A stretch of 63,973 bases of DNA, filler included, from Reticulomyxa filosa (GCA_000512085.1; 25 parts of 25 records of this genome joined end to end with filler, not necessarily neighbours in it); one strand, 5' to 3'. Positions 1-13,876 are shown, counted from the whole stretch's first letter. Notes: a model not told the origin generated them from the letters alone. A program made the numbers and translations.

Positions 1-55
1 TTTTTTTTTTTTTTTTAAAAACGAACATTATCTAAAAAAAAAAAAAAAAAAAAAG

Positions 56-1515
56 TCTTGCGAAAACAACTGTCCGATCATGACGTCGATGGCAAGAAAG
101 ACAAAGCATTGGAATGCAATCACGACAACACCAACAATAATAGCAATAATAATAATAAGAACAACAATAACAATGACAATAATAATAATAATAATAATAA
201 TAATAACGATAACAAAGAAGACATAGCGAATAGAAACACAGCAGTGAGTGTGCATACAAATGCAGATACAACAAATGCAGAAACAAATGAAGCAAAAGAA
301 ACAGTAAATGAAAAGGTAGACAAGATAGAAAAGAAATTGAAGCGTGACGTGGAATATCCTCGACCTTCTCGTCCCCCTCCTCCTCCTCCTCCTCCTTTTT
401 CATCATCTCCTCGTCGTCTGCACGGATCAGCGGTTGGCTCTTCGTTTGCCGACCCTAAAAGCAAAGTATCACCACCATCTTCCGAGCCTGTGCCAGTGTC
501 AATGTCCAGTGCCTTACACGGAGAACGTACGACCTCTCCGAGGAAAAAGGACAAGACAGTCCCTTCTCCGTCCATGAAGACCTCGCAGCTGCCTCCGTCG
601 CCCAGACGTCGTCCGCAAGGCTCGTCGCAAGTGCAGCTGCAGAAGCTGTCGCCACGGCAGAACGCCTCTTGGTTCCCGTCGCAATCGACGAACACTTCAA
701 GCAAGGAGGAAAAGAGAAACGATGACGATGACGATGACGATGATGATGATGATGTGCCAGAGATAGTCCATATTCGTATTACTTCCAAAGACAAAGAAAA
801 GAGTATCGGACGTGAAAGTGATGAGAGTGACAAGACCAGACATTATCAACAACAAAAAGAACAACAAAAAGAACAACAGCAGCAATCGTCCACTCATAAC
901 TCAACCTTTTCATTGCGACGTGGCGTAAGCAATCCCACGATGGACGACAACCAAAGCACGACAAACGAAAGTGTTCCGGAACCGATGGAAAAGGTAAAAA
1001 GCATAAGCACGGACTTGCGTCAGGATACTCTGCCTCGCAAGGAGGATGAGGATCATCAGGAACAAAGCGATGACACTCCGCAAAGACATTTGGTTGAACT
1101 GCTCAAAAAGTTGGAGGAAAGACCTGATCAGCTCAACAATGCCTATGAGTCAAGCGAACGAAGTGACGATGAACAAACCAATTACACCAGGGTCACGCAT
1201 CCCAACACAAACAGTCATACACGTAGCAACACCCAAACCACGGTGCAGACGCTGCACACTCATATCAGTCAAAGTTATACCAACAGTCAAATGGTACACA
1301 AACATCCACGCTTTTTTCATGACCGTATTTATCCTGGCAACCAAGGACAACGTCACGAGGATGAACATGCCGCAACTGTCCTTCCCGACTCGGAACATCC
1401 ATCTGCTCATCCGGATGATGTCACTGAGACTGCTGAAACCACCACACATCGTCCACTACCGCCGCTGCCGACCAAAAAGCAGATCTATTTCTCTACAAGG
1501 ACTTCTTATGTTTGA
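56..1515 (+). CDS. Terminal exon of a low-complexity protein (poly-N, poly-P, poly-D, Q-rich), function unknown, 5' partial
   Basis: 485-aa ORF, GC-richer than its flanks, preceded by a poly-A/AG acceptor at 54-55 and followed by a T-rich 3' region. No domain recognised. Confidence 0.7.
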
Positions 1516-2479
1516 CTCAAACTATTCCACATATTACTCGTGCTTTTTTTTTTTTTTTTTTAGCTCTTTAGTTGCTTTTTTGTGTGTTTGTTTTGTTCGT
1601 TTAATTCTTTGCAATTTGTTGGTTATTATTATTATTTTCATTATTTCTTTTTTTTTTTTTGTTGATCCTTTTTTTTTTACTCTTCTTGTCTTCATTAGTT
1701 CTCTTCTTGCATTTTAAGGATTGCCAAAAGAAGACTCTTAAATATGAATAAAAAAATTCTTTGTTGTTGGTTGGAGTAAAATGTTACTCTTCTAACAATG
1801 CGATTTTGCCTTTTTGGCTTAGCATTCTTCCAAAATGCTTTTACAGTGTGGCAAAAGATTTAGTTATTATATTTGTTTGTTGCTTTTTTTTAATGTTGGT
1901 TTGTGAATAATATTTTTTTGTATGTTTTGTGACTTTTTCTTTTTTCTTCTCCTTTTTTTTATAGGAGATCTGTTTCATCACCTTTTTTTTTACCTTCGGT
2001 TGTTTGTGTGTGCTTATTTTTCCCTTTGTTGAGAAATAGTTGTTGGTACAATAACGGACAATCAAGACCTTGGACATTTTCTTTCTCTTGATAAAAGTAG
2101 AAATACAAAATTTTTTGACAATAACTGCACAAAGAAAATATTTGAGGTGCAAAGTAGCAACGTAAATATTATTTATTTGTATCATTCCAATAACAAACAA
2201 CATTCTACCAATCAGATCAGACTAGCTCTTCTCACTTTTCGGTCTCTTCTTAAAAGAGTATATTTCGAAGTAAAATTAGTTCTACCATATCTAAAGAAAG
2301 AAAAAAAGACAAAGACAAAGTCTTTCTTTCTATTTGAAACAATAGATCACGTGCAGTGGCACCTCTTCACCCCCTTAAAAAAAAATGAATGCATGAAATA
2401 GAAAGCAATTCAAATTCTTCGGCAAATAAAATATTAGCTTCATATGATCTAAATCCAAAGACTTTCAAACATATGCGTT

Positions 2480-2938
2480 CTAACTTGTCCAAGTTGACTT
2501 GTCGAACCCAACGCGAAAGCTGCTGACAGCAGTAATATATTCATCAAATTCCTCACGTGACTGCGCTCGTAAATGTACGAGTTTGTTTTGCAATGCTATT
2601 ATACTATTTAATGTTGTGGGATGTGTATATATTTATGTGCGTGTTTTTTTTCTTTTCATTTTTTATTTTTTTCATTGATTACTTCAAAAGAGGAATGTAA
2701 AAAAAAATGTCTATTTTGAACTTTATTTCAAATCACTTACACACAAACAAATATATATCGCAGATCAATCAACAATTCTTAAAAAATTATTTATTGCTTT
2801 TTTTACCTCTTCAATACTATTGGTAATATCTCGTACTATGAAAATCACATAAATACTTTCATTGCTTGGTTTATATGATAAGACAGCACGCTTTTCAATG
2901 TTGTTCGCCACTATTGACTTCAATTTGTTATACGACAT
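2480..2938 (-). pseudogene. Small hidden multi-exon gene or relic with a PH-domain-like C-terminal segment
   Basis: ATG at 2938 opens MSYNKLKSIVANNIEKRAVLSY... A later segment (~2603-2480) reads IIALQNKLVHLRAQSREEFDEYITAV, like the last strand and helix of PH domains. I could not join the middle part cleanly. Confidence 0.3.
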
Positions 2939-3887
2939 TTCCAATTTTTTTTTGTTAACACAAGCAATAAGACTTGAAGACTCGCAGTATGTATTTGTAT
3001 AGTATATATAACATTTTTCTGTTTTGCAAAATATTGCAACAGTTTTACTTCGTAAAAGTTTTTAAAAATGAACAATATATTTTTAAAATGTGTATTTGAA
3101 TTGCGATCAATTTACAAATTTGTAAATATATTCATAAATTAATGTTACATATTTCTGAACATATAATATTATTTTTAAAAAATCAGTTTGTGTTATTATA
3201 TCATTAAGAAAATTATTAAAAATATAAAAATAAAAATAATAAAAAGCATATGCTTTTTTTATTTTGTTAAATTTTCTTTTTATATTGAAAAAGGTAGTCG
3301 CTTAACGGCAATATACATAATTTCATTATTTTGTATATATTAGAACTAGACATCATATAATTTAGATAAAACTAAGATTTAACGTATTATTGTTAAATTT
3401 TGTTTTATATATTGATAAAAAAAATAAAAAACTAAACTGAAAAAAGTTATATATTTTTATTAGTTCCAACGAACTAGTTTTAAGATATAATAAGTAAATA
3501 ATCAAAAATGTGTTTTGCAGTTCAAAAGATGTTATTTACAATAACAGTCAAATTGCATCCGTTTGAATTATTTTTGTCATAAATCAGTGCTTTTATATAA
3601 AATTTTTCCTTTTGTTTGGTCATTTTGTTGTTTCATTTCAAAGCGTAAATTTAAAACTAAAATCATTACTAAAAAGAAATTCTAGTACTAAAGCATTTGT
3701 AGTGAATTCTCTGTCAGTGTTTTTTTTTTCAAATAGAGATAAGACAAACTATCACGACATAAAATTTCAGAAAGCATTAATTATGTGACAATATAAAAAG
3801 GTCTAATTTTGTTTTAAAAAACGTAAAAAGGAAGTGAGGGGGAGACAACGTTTTTTATTGGAAAGGTATTGCAAAAAAATTTTGATA

Positions 3888-6800
3888 ATGGGTGGAGCAA
3901 ATTCTTATCCAAGTAATCCTCAATCAGATCCAGAAGGAGCGTCAAAGGCTCTCCCCACTTCGCAGACCTCGACACAGTCAAAAGGTGGGCCATTGACACG
4001 CGCGCCGTCAACCCAGAACACAGCAACGACAAAAGGGAAAGTGAGTGGGAAAACGTCGACAGAATGGCGAACTCGAAGCAAGCAATCCTTTGCGTTGGAA
4101 GTGAAGGTGGACGAGGACATAATCCGCAAAGGAGTGCTAAGCAGGAAGGGGAAGCAGAACAAGATGAAGAAGTTTTACTGCGTCTTACTGGCCAGTGGTC
4201 TGTTGAAGTGTTACCATCCCAAAAGTTTGCAAGAAGTGGCAACTCTTAAAGTGTACAATTGCGTCAACGTCAAGCCCGTCATCAACGGCACCAACCCCAA
4301 GGACACCACCACCAAGAGGTTTGAAGTCACAACGGTGAAGAGAGTGTGGGAGTTTGAAGCGGATACAGAAACGGACGCTACTGAATGGATTAATGCGATT
4401 TCAGTTCAGTTCAAAAAAAAAAAAGGGGGGGGATCAAAAAAAAAAAGAGGACACGTTCAGATTTTTTTTTTAAAATAATAATAATAAAAAAAAAAGGGGG
4501 GGGTACATGTGGAAACATTTTTTTTTTAAATTAAAAAAAAAAAAAGGGGGTTTAAACGAATCGTTGCGGGATCGTCATCCGCAAATAAGTCATTGTCGAC
4601 AAACAGCAATGCAGGGACTCGGGGCAATGGCAGCACGAATTCCAATGGACAACAAAGAGACACGGGCACAACGTCGAAAAAACAACCTTTGCCGCGGAGC
4701 CAAGGCGACAAGAAAAGTGGCGCGAGCCAAGGACAGGACAAGGATCAGACGCGACAAGGCGGCGTGGTAAGCACCAGCATTTGGAGTCACGCCAAGTCAG
4801 TGAAGGACTTGTCGAAAAAGTTTGATGTGAAATATAACGAGAACGACGTGGACACGGACAAAAGGAACAATTCGAAAGAATCAATCATCGCCTCTCCGAG
4901 ACAACGTGCCAAGTCTCGCGCCAAAAGCGGCAAGTACGGATTCCCCACCATTGAAAGCAGTGTCGAAGACGACGACGCTGACAATGCCTTGGCCACGGAG
5001 GATGGATATGACATACCCAATTCCGATGTCTCAGCCTCCAAACAACAAAGACTTCGCTCCAAAAATCGTCGCACTAAATATGCCAAGGTACACTACTCTT
5101 TGCTATTTTTATTTGACCACCCTTTTTTTAAAAAAAAAAAAAAAATTTCATTGACATACGTATACATATATATATATGTATGTGTACGCATATATCACAT
5201 GTATTTGTATTCATAAAAAAAAGGGGTCACTGCTGCGTGAAAGTCGCTCCGCAACGCGCCACACAACAGATTGGAATGAACCGATACCTTTGCGTCTTGG
5301 AAGTTGTCGATGAAAGCACTGTTTGATGAGCAAAATACCCAGAAACCACTGCCTGACACCGATCGGATTATGTTTGAAGAGTTGTTGAAAGATGACGAAA
5401 AACTGCAAGTCATCTTCTCCAACTTGACTGATGGCAACAAGTTCATGACCATGCAACAGTTTGTGTCAGTAGTGTCCTTAGTGCGACAACGAAGAGTTGC
5501 GTTCACACTTCATTTTACATGGTCATTTATGTTTTGCATATATGCATATATGTACATATATACATGTAATATGATTTTTTTTAAATAAATACATATACGT
5601 GTATATATGCATCTGCATGTGCGCATGTTTTTTTTTTATAAAAAAAAAAGAGGGATATTCCAAATCTAACGATAAAATTGCTGTCTCAAAAAGGAACCCT
5701 CTCGGGCGTGCCATTTTTGGACACGGAGACAGGCTTGGGCGGACATGCGATGTCGGAGAGCGTGGTATCGAGCGGCACGGTGATTGAGAACAGCAGTTTG
5801 GCAACTCCCCGCGTCGAGTTTGGCAAGCCAAGAGGAGGAGAAGACGAAGAAGAGGTGGACCTGGAACAAGTGAGATTGTCGGAGGAAGCGCATGCAAAGC
5901 TGATAAGCAGGGGCCATACGTCGATGAAAACGGGTAGTGGGGTCGGAGTGAGTGCCGGGTATTCGCACGGCCGGCCAAGCGACGGGGACACATCGCACAG
6001 GCCATCGGAGTCGATATCGCGCACGCTGACATTGGAAATGAGTCCGAGCCTTGTCGCGAAGGCAATGTCACGAGGTAGCAGTGTGTCGTCGCTGTTGAAA
6101 TCAATCGGCAAGCCTCGCCGCGCGACGGACATGCGTACCGCAAAGTCAAAAAAATCATCACGAGGAGTTAGTGGAGTTGGAGGGAAAGGAAGTCGTGACA
6201 CGACCTCCAGCATGCAGTTGGGCACGTTGCAACAGGCAACGAACATGATCGGCACTGGATCGTATGTGGACGACGACGACGAAAACCGGACCGTGGTGGT
6301 CGCCGGAGAGCGGCTCACGCTCGACTCGTCGTTCAAGGACGTACCGCTGTTGAACATGCACGATACCAATTTCACGAGCGAAGAGTTTGGACGCATCGAA
6401 CAGATTCGCGAAGACAGCGAACACGAGTACGAAAACAAGCCCAGGCCCTTTTCTGTCACTTTCAAGCTCGATGAGGACGCTCAACAACTCATCGATGGCG
6501 TCAGCGGCAACACGGCTATCAGTGACGATACAAACAAAAGAAATACCACTGTCGATGAAAAAATCGACGAGAATCTTAAATATGATGATTTGCAAGAGCG
6601 AATGAAACAAATACAAAATGCTGTTTTGTTTTTATACATATATACATATGTGTATATACACATTGTTGTTGGAATATGTAATATGCATTGTGCGTGCATG
6701 TGCGAAATTGCTTTGTTAGAATGCGATCTCAAATTCAGCGAAAATCCGAATTGAAATCCCTGAAAACGCTGCCGGCGAACTTCTGGGTAATTTTATCGCC

Positions 6801-8107
6801 TCGCAAATCGGCATTTGTGTCCCTTCGGCAGATGTGATTACGTCGAAGGATTCGGACAAGGCCAACCGCTTGTTAAATGACTACGGACGTGGCTTGGACG
6901 AGTACAAAAACTTTGCGACGCCGCCGACGATATTGGTGTTTGAGGAGTTGGACGGGATGAGCATCAACACCTTGCAAGTGATGGAAAATACCATCCAACG
7001 CGAACGATATCTCGTTCGCAGCGTGGCACACAAAATTATGGGCAAAAAGTTCCCCCAAAAATTGGGCAGACATTGCAGAGCTCTTTTGAGAGATTCCGGG
7101 TTCATTTTTGCTTTGGATGTCGCCTTATGTAATCCTACGAGATTCCCTGTTGATGAGCCATTTGAAGGCGTTGATGCGCCTGGTCTTATGTTTATACATA
7201 TATACATATATTTGTACGTATACGTATACTCTATTTTATTTTTTTTTTTGGTGATATTGACAAGTCTTAGTAATATGCAATACCAATATAACAGAGTTAC
7301 TATGGATTGGAAAAGACGATGAAGGAGACTACTCGCTGTATTCGATTGAAAATCCCTTATTTGGTCCTGACAAACTTTCATGTATTAATAAGTCGGGACA
7401 TTACGCGCATTTGGAACACTTGCCACAGTTTTTGAAGGCCGTCAATACCTATTACAAATCGTTGCATCAAACCATAGACACGTCCAAAAATTCAACCAAT
7501 GCTTGGAAAGACATTGTGAATAAGTCCATTCGGCGTGTCGCTGAGTTTTTGTATGATCATTTGTGCTCCATCTACGAATGGGACCAACATAATACTAATG
7601 AAACGGCAAATTCGGCTGTTACCAAAGAACGGATCGTTCCTGAGTTTATGCGTTTTATCACCGAAGGTTGAGGGACTCAATCCATTTATCTCTTTTTTTT
7701 TTAAATTTCTTCCCCTCCCCTTTTTTTCCCCCCCTTTCAATGATCAAAAAATTCACAAATAAATCAAAGGTTTTTTGATTGGTTTACTGGAATTAAGTGA
7801 ACTAAACGTGGACGATTTGGCAAATGTTGCTGAAGATATCAAGACTTTGGATAATCATATGAGTGGTATTGAGCATTTGGACATGGAATACTTGAAGACG
7901 CTTCTTCAAACTTGCAAAAAATTTGTTCCTGAAATTGTGTTGTTCGAATCCAAAGAAGAAGATGATGATGACGACAGTGACAGTGGAAGTGATAGTGGTG
8001 CTAACAATGAAGAGTCAAGTGAGCATCTCTCGGATAGCATGAGCGAAGGTGAACAAGAACTGCTTTTCATGAAGCTCCAGTATATGTTTCCTTCTGAAAA
8101 CGATTAA
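3888..8107 (+). CDS. PH-domain + actin-fragmin-kinase-like (pseudo)kinase protein, 7 exons
   Basis: Exons 3888-4408, 4547-5087, 5224 (or 5304)-5495, 5651-6622, 6720-7182, 7295-7666, 7770-8107 join through GT-AG introns; see the frameshift note at 5304. PH motifs: IIRKGVLSRKG..KKFYCVL..LKCY and FEVTTVKRVWEFEADTETDATEWINAI. AFK-like motifs: GELLGNFIASQIGICVP, ILVFEELDG, GFIFALDVALCNPTRFP. Confidence 0.75.
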
Positions 8108-8677
8108 TCCACTGTCTTTTTTTACAAAGGCGGTGGAATTGTATTTCACTCATTTTTTCCCTCTCCTCTCCATTGTCTCTAGTTGTCGTAGTAGAATGCC
8201 CTTTATTTTGTCAATTTCTCCAAATTTGTGTTCCCTTGTCCTCTTCTATTGCCAGTTTTTGATACTGTACATTGTTTTCATGAGGTGTTTTATGTATTTG
8301 TTACGTGTAAAAACGGTCCTTAATTTGTCACTAGCTTTGGTTTGATCAATATTGAAGTGATCAGTATTGAAGAGTACAAATTTTTGAACAAATTGTTTCT
8401 GTGATAACATGAATCCCTTTTGCGACAATTTTTTTTCTAACATTGTTTTAAATTGAAATAGAAAATACTATTTGAGCATCTTCGATACTAAATGAAATGC
8501 AGGTCGTAGAAAAAATTGTTTTCATCTTCTAGACCAAGTATACAATCAAAATAAAATGATTCAGTGACAAAACTGCATAATCCAAAAAAACAACTGAACA
8601 AACAAAATCCAATAAGAAGACAATTTTTATTTTGACGACACAAAAGAAAAAAATAACCATTCATTAGTGAGCAGCGA

Positions 8678-9628
8678 TCACAAATGTTTTCCTTCAAGTT
8701 TTCGTCCCCTACGACGGTAGTCGGAAGGCAGCCGTAATATGGCTGACAAAAAGAACCACTGAGCAAGATAATAAGTAAACATAACAGAACATCGCCACCA
8801 TCTTGGGAACAGCAAGTTTTGGAAATGCTCCGAAACAAGACCGACTTCGGAAAGAATGAGAATGGTGTCAGAAACGACGAAAATGGCAGCTCCATAGACA
8901 TTATACCATTCATATCCAATAATCCTGGAGTGCCAGGCTGCGATTTTGGCATCACCATTATCGGTAGCAGGTGAAATAGTACATGTGCTTAAGAATAAAG
9001 AGGTACATAAAAAAAAAGAATAAGTCACTGCCGTCATTTTGAGATCATTAGAAAATTTGGGCACAATAACCAAGCAAAAGGAAAGGAATATAAAAATGAC
9101 GACTATCAACGAAAGTGCCCGAAATTTCTTGAAATAGCTTCCAAAATGGAAAATCATTAAAATGTGTTGCACCAAAAATAGCAATGCTCCATACTGAAAT
9201 AGCTCTTGATTCATCTTTGCGAACAATGGCGAATGACGAATTTCTAACATCATGTCCCCACTTGATGCGAAAATAAAAGCTATTGCGATTGTGCTGTTTT
9301 GTTTTTTTTTATCAGTGCATCCCTTTCGAAATGTTCCCATGAGAGTTTAGAAAAAAAATTTCTTCTTTCGCTACATCAATTTCCTCGCTCTTCTCCCTAA
9401 TTTTTACCTTTCATTTGCCACAAAAGAGGAAATTGCGCATATCCAAATTGGAGCTGCTTTCAAGATCGTCAATGGAATTACGTACTCCGGGATGTAACCA
9501 AATCTATACACACAATTTTCGTAAAAACGAAAACCAACAAATTCGAGCTTTGCAAAACTGTACCTTGTTACTAAAAGGACGATGAATAAAATTGCTGCGA
9601 ACCAAAAAGCAGCGTCTGTTCGGCCCAT
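8678..9628 (-). CDS. YhhN/TMEM86 family membrane protein (lysoplasmalogenase-like), 2 exons
   Basis: Exons 9628-9408 and 9293-8678. Family motifs: LKAAP, SSGDMML, FQYGALLFLVQH, GAAIFVVSD, VMFTYYLAQW. Confidence 0.85.
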
Positions 9629-9977
9629 TTTCTACTAGAATAAATAAATAGGAAAAAAAAATATTATCGTTTTTAAAGCTTTTCCTTTTCACGTCTTCAA
9701 ACGTTCACAACGTCGTACAAACACTGCAAAAAGAGTAGAGGCAATTGCTTGCGAAATAGAAATGCGCAATTTCAACACTACGTTAAACTGGCTGTCATAC
9801 AAGACGTTAAATAGTGTTAGTCTTGAGACAAAAGATTGGGACAGAATTTTGACAAGCAGAATTGTTGAGGGGATCTCTCGATAAATTAAAAAAAAACGAA
9901 TTGTGATGATTTCTAAATAGTGTAGATATTATTTTATTTAAAAAAAAGGCCAAGTAGAATCAGAGTATACAAGCAGT

Positions 9978-11069
9978 TTAGTTCTGATTACTTTCACTAG
10001 CGAAATCAAGTTGCGATTCGCTGTTCCCTTCGAGACGCCCAGATTGTGAATCTCTTCTTTCCAAGCGTTGCAAAGATGCCCGTGCATCGGCATGTTGTAA
10101 GCGTTTTTCTGTCTCGAGACACCGTCTCATGTTGTCTCGCGTTAGTATAGCCCTACAGCCAGGGAGTGGACACTCGGCTTGTTTATTTTTCTGATTGTTT
10201 GTTTGAATATGGTGAAACACGGCATCTCTTTCAAACACATGTCTACAGCCGTCACCACGATAAGGATGAACCAATCGTTTGGTCGTCAATGGGCAATTCA
10301 AGCCTTCAGAACGTCTATTTCGAAGGACCGACAGGTCATCATTTGTCATTTCTTCATCGCTGTGGATATCTTTTTCCATGCTACGGTCGAATGCACTTTC
10401 GTTGCTAATAATACTGACCTGGTCAATGTTCGCCAATTTTGATGCCTCAGCCAAACTTGCCATTCCAGAGGAGATCTTGTTTTTGTGGAAACGGTTGATC
10501 TCTGATTGGTTTGAAACTAACACTTCGTTCCGAATCTCTTCGATTCTTTTCCCCCAATTAATGCCATTCAAACTTCCGGGTTGACTTTCTGCCTAAGTGT
10601 AATACGAAAGAATTCAGTCATAATGTTTTAAGGTATTTTTTTTCCTTTCTCTCCTTTCCCCCCCCCTCAAGATGTATCTTTTTTTTTAATGAAAAAAATT
10701 AACTATTTGTGTGGCCAATTTTTGGTAGGTCAGCATATCAATAAAATGCTCTTTCTGAAGGTCGATTAAACGCTGCAATGCAGGGGCAAATTTGTTGTCC
10801 TTTTTCCACTCTGTCTTGACTGGATGATCTTGGCCCGGATTTTCGCTAAGACTTGAGGCGGCATCGATGATATGTTGAAACACTTCCGACTCAAGTTTTT
10901 CTCCCAAGCCTTGCCAGTCGTCAACAATTTTTATTAACGGTCTTTGTAAACTTTCATAACTTGTTAGCGTGACGCTTTCATGTTCTGAATCTTCTTCATT
11001 TGATGAATCTCTTTTGTAGTCATGACTATTTTTCTCATCATGACTATTATCGACGCTCTCAACAGACAT
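9978..11069 (-). CDS. NSMCE2: NSE2/MMS21-like SP-RING E3 SUMO ligase, 2 exons
   Basis: Exons 11069-10704 and 10592-9978 join in frame. SP-RING CPLTTKRLVHPYRGDGCRHVFERDAV...CPLPGC follows a helical N-terminus. Confidence 0.8.
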
Positions 11070-12156
11070 GCTCCCTCAATTTACGTTTCGAAGTTGCACT
11101 CATTTCATTGCTGTGATTAGTAAAAATTTCATAATATTTTGTTAATAAATTTATACTTACATTTGTTGGATAAAACTAGTACAACATCAAATAATTATTA
11201 TCGGTAACTTCAGTTACAGTTAATTTTGAAAAAAAAATATTGCCGTGCTGTCAGTAACATCCAAACAGACTAATGGATAGTATTGTAGAAAAAAAGTTTG
11301 GTGGAGTTAGATATTTCCTCCATATACTTCGGCATCACTTTGTTACATTTTCTAGTTATTTGGAAATTATCAAGAAAAGAATTAGTTGCGATCAAAGTAA
11401 AATAAAGAGCGATACACTGAAGAATATGCACAAAGACATCAAGTGGAATGTCACAATGCAAATTATGCCATTCCAAAGAAAGCTACAATACACATTAAAT
11501 ATTCTAAAGAAAATTCAATTACATTTCCTGCTAACGTAAATAAAAGTTTTTTAGGTAAGTTATAATGTATGTGAAATCTATTGGCGAATTAATATGTCAA
11601 TTTTGCTTGGCAATATGATTGTCACCAAGTAATTATATTATTTTTAGCTTTTGCTGAAGTGTATACAATCAGAATTACTTGCGAACCGACTTCTTTTTTA
11701 CGTTTTAATTTTTTTGTAATGTGAATTTGTTTTGTACGGCACAGTGTCTTTCATTTGAGTACTCAATGCGCGTTAGAAGCACAGCAGATTAGATCTCACA
11801 GCGCACAAAAAAGATTATATCATACAGTACATACAGTTTTGATCTTGATAGTCCCCAAACTGTGAATATAGTTTGTTGTGGTGAATACGTCAATAAGATA
11901 GTAGTTGTTTCCTTCTACATCAATAATTTTTTGAAAAACCTATGTATTTTTGCAAAGTTTATTTTAAATATTATTAAAAAACAATATCGTCTGAAGCTCA
12001 TTCTAAATTTATACTAATTTTTTTCAAATAGACAGAATTACTCGTTTTAAACTTTCTTGCAAACAACGAGGGTGTGTTTTCTGAGCTTGGTATTAAGCCT
12101 GAACCCCTTTTAAAAAAAAACATTATCATTCGAATTCCTTGAGGAAAAGCGCAGCA

Positions 12157-12743
12157 ATGTCAGCATGCAAATCAAAAAGTAAAAAATCTCTTAAAGAGAA
12201 TTTGTTAGATTGTCGAACTACGGATGTAGAATTAGAGTATAAGCATAACAACAGGAGCCTGAAAACACCATCAAGACAAAAGGAAGAAGTGGATGGTCCA
12301 TTACATGTGCATTCACTTTCAGCAATTGAGCAGTGGCAAAACGATTTATATGAACGCCAAAAGCGATTAAATCGCAAGTGCATACTCATCGAAGAGCTGG
12401 AAGATCTTTTAAGGGGCCCTATGTTGCTGTCACAGGACGATAAAGAGAGTGCAGAACACAAAGAGCAAGAAACCAAAATAAGCAACATAACTCAACAAAG
12501 TACAGATATATTTGAAGTGGAGCTTGAGTGTATGGATGATGAATGGAGTGATGACATGATGGACAAAGTGCAATATCAACAAATGTTGCAACGTATTCCA
12601 CTCGAGCAACTTCATGAATTAAAACGAGTTTTTGTCACACATAAAACATACGCTGAAATTGATCGCGTCTATCAAACCATCCAACAAATTAACACTGGTA
12701 TATTTAAAAAAACAAAAATGATGACTCAGACAAAAAAAAAAAA
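12157..12743 (+). CDS. Hypothetical coiled-coil protein, 3' partial
   Basis: Open frame of about 190 aa with a heptad-like segment, running into a probable intron and the contig end. Confidence 0.5.
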
Positions 12744-12843
12744 NNNNNNNNNNNNNNNNNNNNNNNNNNNNNNNNNNNNNNNNNNNNTTAATTAATTAAN
12801 NNNNNNNNNNNNNNNNNNNNNNNNNNNNNNNNNNNNNNNNNNN
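12744..12843. other. Artificial contig-joining spacer N44-TTAATTAATTAA-N44 (first of 24)
   Basis: Identical 100-bp linkers with stops in all frames start at 12744, 14903, 18935, 20596, 23833, 26212, 29215, 31305, 34935, 36857, 38079, 39780, 41242, 42528, 45204, 49103, 50918, 52855, 54006, 55116, 57916, 59251, 61037 and 62500. ORFs ending in 'XXX..LIN' are artefacts of these. Confidence 0.99.
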
Positions 12844-12964
12844 TTTTTTTTTTAAAAAAAAAGGGGGGAGTGAAATTTTAAATTATTATTTTTTTTTTTT
12901 GCAAATGAATTTTAAAAAAAATACAACTATTAATTTTTTTTTTTAATTAAGCTGTTTCTATACC

Positions 12965-13876
12965 TTTGAGACGATAAATGTATCCGTCCATTGTTGGATA
13001 AGTGAACTTCAATTTGACAAGACCCCCTCCTCCTCTTCCGATAAACGAAGTGTCTTTTCTCTTGCCACTGGCCCTTTTCGCATCGGAGCCACGACTAGAC
13101 AGAGGAGAGCGCGGAGACTGCGCTGGCGATGTGATATTCGTGATGGTGAACGCACGGTTCAGTGGCACTGCATCTCTGTCAGAATGATCCTGTTTTGCAT
13201 TATTCTTATCCTTTTTATTATTATTATTGTTGTTCTCTTCTTTTCCATGCTTCACGTGCTTCACGATCGCTGATGCTGAGTTGCTTCGTTCACGTCGCAT
13301 CAATGGTGTTTTCAGTCGTAATACTGATGTCTTTTCGTCGATATATCTTTTTATACAACCATACTAAACATTCAACTGATCATTTATTATAACGTATACG
13401 TACTTATACAATACAATAAAATTTTTTTAAAAAAAATTACGAAACAACGTTGGCTCGTCTCCGCTACTTTTATTCCTAGAATGACCGTCCGATCTTTTTG
13501 ACTTTAAAGAAGGAATGTCATCTGCTCCTATCATCCCATTGCTCTCTTGCCGCTCTTGATACGATTTACCCTTGCCTGCACTCTTACGCGAACTCATCCC
13601 TTGGCCACTTTTCATTCGGATACAAGTACAATTCGCTTGGTACTCTTTCAATTGTTTTTCCAACTCTCTAATTTTACTTGTCTTTTCCTTCAGCTGCTCT
13701 GCCATTGTGTCTGTCGACTCTTTCCATTTTTTAAAAACACAAAAGTTGGGCAACGCACTTCAGCTCATTTCAATGATCAAATAATACTCTTTGGAAACTA
13801 TACTCTTACCAACATGGCACAGATGAAATATCTCTAACATGAGACCATTCACTGAGAACACGACTTCAGTGGTCAT
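12965..13876 (-). CDS. Hypothetical multi-exon protein with a coiled coil, possibly entering a PH domain; 3' partial
   Basis: Three exons join in phase (MTTEVVF.. / ESTDTMAEQLKEKTSKIRELEKQL.. / YIDEKTSVLRL..YPTMDGYIYRLK). The last motif resembles a PH first strand. Confidence 0.45.

Noticed and set aside
28-964. Long antisense or alternative-frame ORFs (poly-I, Y, L, S), also at 5686-6465, 45736-46611, 58314-58847 and 59295-59973
   Set aside because: They are shadows of real exons and trinucleotide repeats, with no independent motifs.
5223-5303. Two in-frame TGA codons that read plausibly as Trp, suggesting stop-codon reassignment
   Set aside because: Splice phase selects a different frame, conserved Trp positions elsewhere use TGG, and several genes end in TGA.
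9294-9370. Apparent frameshift at the start of YhhN exon 2
   Set aside because: Using the A-rich CAG acceptor at 9296-9294 gives an in-frame join that fits the family spacing.
11151-11165. ATACTTAC resembling the U1 snRNA 5' end
   Set aside because: The match stops after 8 nt, and no U1 stem-loops are evident downstream.
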